Below, in pieces: positions 38,911 through 39,909 of a DNA stretch of 39,909 nt. The notes beneath the pieces were generated by a model, which worked only from the letters and a program-made list of their open reading frames with translations, did not search any database and was not told the origin of the DNA. Both the position numbers and the translations under genes were made by a program. Position 1 is the first letter of the stretch. Each line of letters starts with the position of its first letter. The stretch is from a virus. Taxonomy: Duplodnaviria > Caudoviricetes. The stretch spans positions 1-39,909 of IMG/VR virus record IMGVR_UViG_3300023175_000096, one strand, 5' to 3'.

Positions 38911-39872
38911 GTGTACCTGATTTAGAACGTGCAGTAGTAGAAGTATTTGGCGGCTGTAATTACAAGTGTCAAATGTGTCCACAGACTACCGGAAGAGGTA
39001 AGGACTGGACACGTAAAATGCCTATGGACATGTTTATTAACATACTTGAACAACTGCCAGGTAAACCTGTTATTAATTTAGAAGGCAGTGGCGAACCTAC
39101 TATGGCTAAAGATTTGCCTAAGTATATTGAGGAATGTACTAAGCGAGGATTTCCTAGTTTTATGTACAGTAACGGTAGTTTCTTTAGCGGACACTTTATG
39201 CAAGAGTGTATTGATGCAGGACTAAGTTTTGCTAGGTTTAGTTGTATAGGATATAACAAAGAAAAATACAAAGAGTGGATGTCTGTAGATAATTTTGATT
39301 TATTGAAAACAAACATAGTAAAGGCTAAAGAATACATTAAAGAAACTAATAGTAAATGTGTAGTAAGCAGTTATCATTTAATACTTGACAATAATCAAGT
39401 AGATTACGAAGTTGATCAATACAGAAATAATTTTATAGGACCTACAGGAACTATAGGTTATATTTGGAAAATGCATAACTGGAGCGGAAACTACCAACCA
39501 TTGTATGTTAGAGATCCTAGTAAGCGTAGAACTTGTGGCCGCCCGTTCGCTCCTGAAATTACAATACGTAGTGGAGGTAACGGAGGATTAAAAGGTGCAG
39601 TTACGCCTTGCTGTCAAACAATGGGTCCTCCTAACGAAAGCAAAAGTGTGCTAGGACATGTGCAAAATCAAACCATAGAAGAAATATGGTACGGAGACGA
39701 ATACAACAAACTTCGTAAGGCACATGAGTTGAAAGACTTTGACAGTATTGATTATTGTAAAAATTGCGATTTCTTGTATGACGATCCAGAAGTATTAGTA
39801 TGGTCGAACGATAAAACAGCAACACCGTATCATATGCTAGGCACAAACTTTAGTCTAAAAGATTACGGTTGA
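38907..39872 (+). CDS. Radical SAM protein with C-terminal SPASM/twitch domain
   Basis: CNYKCQMC at about 38955, GSGEPT, YSNG; C-terminal CGRPF...PCC...LGHV...TIEEIWYG..YNKLR..H......C.NC. Start 38907 (ATGA overlap, GGGGA SD) is preferred over 38895. Confidence 0.9.
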   Translation: MSVPDLERAVVEVFGGCNYKCQMCPQTTGRGKDWTRKMPMDMFINILEQLPGKPVINLEGSGEPTMAKDLPKYIEECTKRGFPSFMYSNGSFFSGHFMQECIDAGLSFARFSCIGYNKEKYKEWMSVDNFDLLKTNIVKAKEYIKETNSKCVVSSYHLILDNNQVDYEVDQYRNNFIGPTGTIGYIWKMHNWSGNYQPLYVRDPSKRRTCGRPFAPEITIRSGGNGGLKGAVTPCCQTMGPPNESKSVLGHVQNQTIEEIWYGDEYNKLRKAHELKDFDSIDYCKNCDFLYDDPEVLVWSNDKTATPYHMLGTNFSLKDYG

Positions 39873-39897
39873 CATATAAACACAGAGGCTTTATAAT
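39869..39897 (+). promoter_or_regulatory. Perfect consensus sigma70 promoter TTGACA-N17-TATAAT
   Basis: TTGACA 39869-39874 (overlapping the TGA stop), 17-nt spacer, TATAAT 39892-39897; an ATG follows at 39904. Confidence 0.85.
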
Positions 39898-39909
39898 TAT
39901 AAAATGTAC

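Noticed and set aside
1163-39846. About 30 short alternative-frame and minus-strand ORFs in the ORF track (e.g. 1163..1498, 19030..19479, 37086..37457, 38969..39337)
   Set aside because: All lie inside long, motif-bearing + strand genes and show no recognisable motifs; they are expected shadow ORFs.
31733-39872. Radical SAM genes as a RiPP maturation cluster, 7-deazaguanine (QueE) pathway, NrdG or MoaA
   Set aside because: No short precursor ORF fits between the overlapping genes; no PqqD/RRE, peptidase, QueC/QueD/FolE, NrdD or Moa partners are visible in the window; the architectures differ. Partners elsewhere in the genome cannot be excluded.
1-39909. tRNA, CRISPR array, structured ncRNA or intrinsic terminators
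   Set aside because: Intergenic gaps are at most about 55 bp and contain no GC-rich hairpin with a U-tract, cloverleaf or repeat-spacer pattern that I could see.

Overview
AT-rich, very densely coding window with every credible gene on the + strand. It is best read as part of the genome of a large T4-like (jumbo-type) myovirus, not a cellular chromosome. Bases 1-28196 are a late virion-morphogenesis block: the 3' end of a probable baseplate hub/spike gene, gp25-like and gp6-like baseplate wedge genes, a 5180-aa multidomain baseplate/adhesin protein, three fibre-like paralogues sharing an N-terminal module, and two paralogous structural proteins. The block is punctuated by T4-late-like (TA)TAAATA motifs. 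Bases 28251-39872 are a run of 12 genes, each overlapping the next, bracketed by two near-perfect sigma70 promoters. It encodes three GT-A-like glycosyltransferases, four radical SAM enzymes (three with an unusual N-terminal Cys-rich twitch-like domain), an SGNH-type protein and four unknowns. This glycosyltransferase/radical SAM operon next to the fibre genes is the best candidate for an undescribed system, possibly making a modified glycan for the virion or host surface. All family calls come from motifs read by eye; no database search was run. No tRNA, rRNA, CRISPR array or mobile element was seen.
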